Source: a virus (lineage: Duplodnaviria; Caudoviricetes). Taken from it: a stretch of 64,000 nucleotides of DNA. The notes under the pieces are model-generated. The model searched no databases, was not told the DNA's origin, and saw only the letters and a program-made list of their open reading frames with translations. The translations under genes and the position numbers were made by a program. This document shows positions 61,847 to 64,000 of this stretch, piece after piece. Each line of letters starts with the position of its first letter. The stretch's first letter is position 1. The DNA lies in the IMG/VR virus record IMGVR_UViG_3300011008_000008. One strand, given 5' to 3'.

Positions 61847-62159
61847 CCACTTGTAAAGTAGCAGTTTATTTATAATCTGTGAAGCCAAAAACAAATGTGT
61901 TTTAACAAATGAGAAGGAGAATATGACCTTCTGTGTTACGTAAGTGAGCACAGCAAATGTTATTCTGGTCTGCTTTAAGATCAGAGCGCGACGGGCAGCG
62001 TTTCCTTGTACCTACAGTTGAAGCTTCTTGCATGGGTCAATTTTGATTATTGGATTGACTTTCATACTGACAGGTCGAGCAATCCACAGACAATAATCCA
62101 TAGAACTGATTGCCGGGAAGTACAGTCTCACTATTAATTGAAATAAAGAGGATTCTCGC

Positions 62160-63452
62160 TTGAATAACGAAGAACGTATTAAAGCACGTATTGAACGTGA
62201 TAAACTTAGACGGCAACAAAAGAAACAGGAAAAATATAAGCAATTCGACAACTTTGAAAATGTAATCAACTATACCAATTATTATTCTGCATTGAAGAAA
62301 TGTATAAAGGGTGTGGGCTGGAAGGGAAGCGTTCAAAGATATGTCCAGAATAGTGTGATTGAAATTGATAAGACGATTCAAAGCTTATATCAAGGTCAGC
62401 TTCCCAAATTTACAAGTACAAAATCAATTGTTATTCGGGAGCGCGGAAAGGCGCGGAAGATTGTGCCGGTTACGATCAGCGATAGAATGACACAAAGAGT
62501 GTTATGTGATTTCGCAATGACACCGGTTATCTATGATTCTCTGATTTATGATAATGGTGCAAGCATGCCAAATAAAGGCGTTGAATTTGCCAGAAAGAGA
62601 ATTGAGCATCATCTGCACCAGGCGATTAACGAATATGGCAATGATTTCTATGCTCTGGTTTTCGATTTTAAAAGCTACTTTGAAAGCATTCCGCATAAGC
62701 AATGCTTGAAAATATTGAAGAAGCATTTTATAGATAAGAGAATCGTCGGTTTGATTATGGCGATTATCAGATCATATGCAGTCCCTTCCATTAAGAAAAT
62801 AGAGGACGAAGAAACGCGCACGCAAATGTTGAAGGAACTGAGGCAGCACAAGTTCAACGGCATTTGTTTGGGTAGTCAAATATCGCAGGTTATGGCATTG
62901 GCCGTTCCGAATGAATTGGATCATTATATAAAGGATAAATGCGGATTCAAGCATTATATCAGATATATGGACGATGGCGTGGTTATCGCCAAATCGAAAG
63001 ATGAGCTTGTCAAACTGTATGCCGCATTGAAGGACATTGCTACCTCTATTGGCTTAAAGTTCAATGAGAATAAAAGTCATATCGTCAGTATCCATAAGGG
63101 ATTTACATTCCTGAAAGTTCGGTATTTCATTGGCCGCAAGAATAAGTTGGCTAAGGTTCTTGTGCGTAGCGGTGTTACGCGCATGAGAAGGAAGCTATTT
63201 AAATTTAGGAAGAAAGTTGATAGCGGCAAGATGTCCCTTGACGATGTTTATAATTCGTTGCAATCGTGGGTATCGCACAGTAAAATAGCATCTTCATATC
63301 ATACAAGGCGCAGGATGTTGTATTTGTATAATAAGTTGTTTGACGGTTATAGGATTAATGATTTAAAGAAAAAACAGACAAGGAGGAGATCTGGTGAGAT
63401 TCTACAAGATAATAGATGGGAACTCTTTTATTGGGATAGGGTCATCGCTTAG
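62160..63452 (+). CDS. DGR reverse transcriptase
   Basis: ERGKARKI, DRMTQR, FDFKSYFESI, GICLGSQISQ, YIRYMDD, GFTFLK. Confidence 0.93.
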   Translation: MNNEERIKARIERDKLRRQQKKQEKYKQFDNFENVINYTNYYSALKKCIKGVGWKGSVQRYVQNSVIEIDKTIQSLYQGQLPKFTSTKSIVIRERGKARKIVPVTISDRMTQRVLCDFAMTPVIYDSLIYDNGASMPNKGVEFARKRIEHHLHQAINEYGNDFYALVFDFKSYFESIPHKQCLKILKKHFIDKRIVGLIMAIIRSYAVPSIKKIEDEETRTQMLKELRQHKFNGICLGSQISQVMALAVPNELDHYIKDKCGFKHYIRYMDDGVVIAKSKDELVKLYAALKDIATSIGLKFNENKSHIVSIHKGFTFLKVRYFIGRKNKLAKVLVRSGVTRMRRKLFKFRKKVDSGKMSLDDVYNSLQSWVSHSKIASSYHTRRRMLYLYNKLFDGYRINDLKKKQTRRRSGEILQDNRWELFYWDRVIA

Positions 63453-64000
63453 TTTTAGGCGCTACCAAACAAAGCACAAAATACTATTGTGTTGCGATGA
63501 AACAGAGGGCGAATACATTGATTACAAAGAGAAGTTGTACCGCGATAGTTGGCTTGCTCCTCGCAAAACAAATGATATTCCATTTATGTCCGCTGATATT
63601 ATAGAGATTGATTTTGATGAATACAAGGCTCTATATGACGCCATAGAAAGAGACGAAGAAATAATACACGAGCAAACGCAGGATGAAGATTATGAAGAAC
63701 CGCCCGTTATTGAATATGATGATGGTATCACAATCGAAGCTGCAAAGGAAATGAAGAATACAGAAATGAACTATACTTGCCACAAGATTATTGAGGCAGG
63801 ATTTGACATTACTCTATCAGACGGAGAAACACATCATTTTTCATTGACAACACAGGATCAGCTTAATTTGATTACGCTGTCCTCTATGGTTGCTTCAGGC
63901 GCTGATCAAGTCCCCTATCATGCCGATGGAGAATTGTGTCAGTATTATTCTGCGGCTGACATCCAATTGATTGTTAATACTGCGACTGCACTAAAGACAT
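63394..64000 (+). CDS. tail-associated protein, DUF4376-like (partial)
   Basis: GTG start after AGGAGG; HFSLTTQDQLNL...YHADGELCQYYS; runs off window. Confidence 0.7.
   Translation, partial: MRFYKIIDGNSFIGIGSSLSFRRYQTKHKILLCCDETEGEYIDYKEKLYRDSWLAPRKTNDIPFMSADIIEIDFDEYKALYDAIERDEEIIHEQTQDEDYEEPPVIEYDDGITIEAAKEMKNTEMNYTCHKIIEAGFDITLSDGETHHFSLTTQDQLNLITLSSMVASGADQVPYHADGELCQYYSAADIQLIVNTATALKT

Larger units (their letters stand above)
60688..63452 (+). mobile_element. diversity-generating retroelement (VR-avd-TR-RT)
   Basis: all components present in canonical order. Confidence 0.93.

Noticed and set aside
61685-61951. Minus-strand ORF across TR
   Set aside because: Antisense reading of the AAC-rich template repeat.
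62160-63452. Group II intron or retron RT
   Set aside because: The adjacent TR/VR pair with A-specific changes and the LGSQISQ motif indicate a DGR.

Overview
A 64-kb segment of a large SPbeta-like tailed phage genome; a Firmicutes host (probably Clostridia) is inferred from sigma-A promoters, RBS style and gene content. It has four parts. (1) Positions 1-13.4 kb are a minus-strand early/accessory region of about 10 repeated cassettes. Each cassette runs promoter, conserved palindromic leader, 1-6 small genes, terminator, then a motif-rich spacer. Cargo includes an ArdC-N-like protein, a BRO-N protein, a candidate SAM lyase and an amidoligase. (2) A 1.4-kb non-coding strand switch with origin-like repeats. 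(3) A plus-strand block: YonO-like single-subunit RNA polymerase, 4 tRNAs, phosphoesterase, HU, terminase, portal, capsid, tail genes, RecU and a tyrosine recombinase. The tape-measure gene is interrupted by a 791-nt group I intron (39290-40080) that carries an antisense zinc-ribbon cargo gene with its own promoter instead of a homing endonuclease. (4) A complete diversity-generating retroelement: VR at the end of a ~2600-aa tail protein, a tandem double-domain Avd, TR and RT. All calls are by eye from sequence and motifs; no database searches were run.
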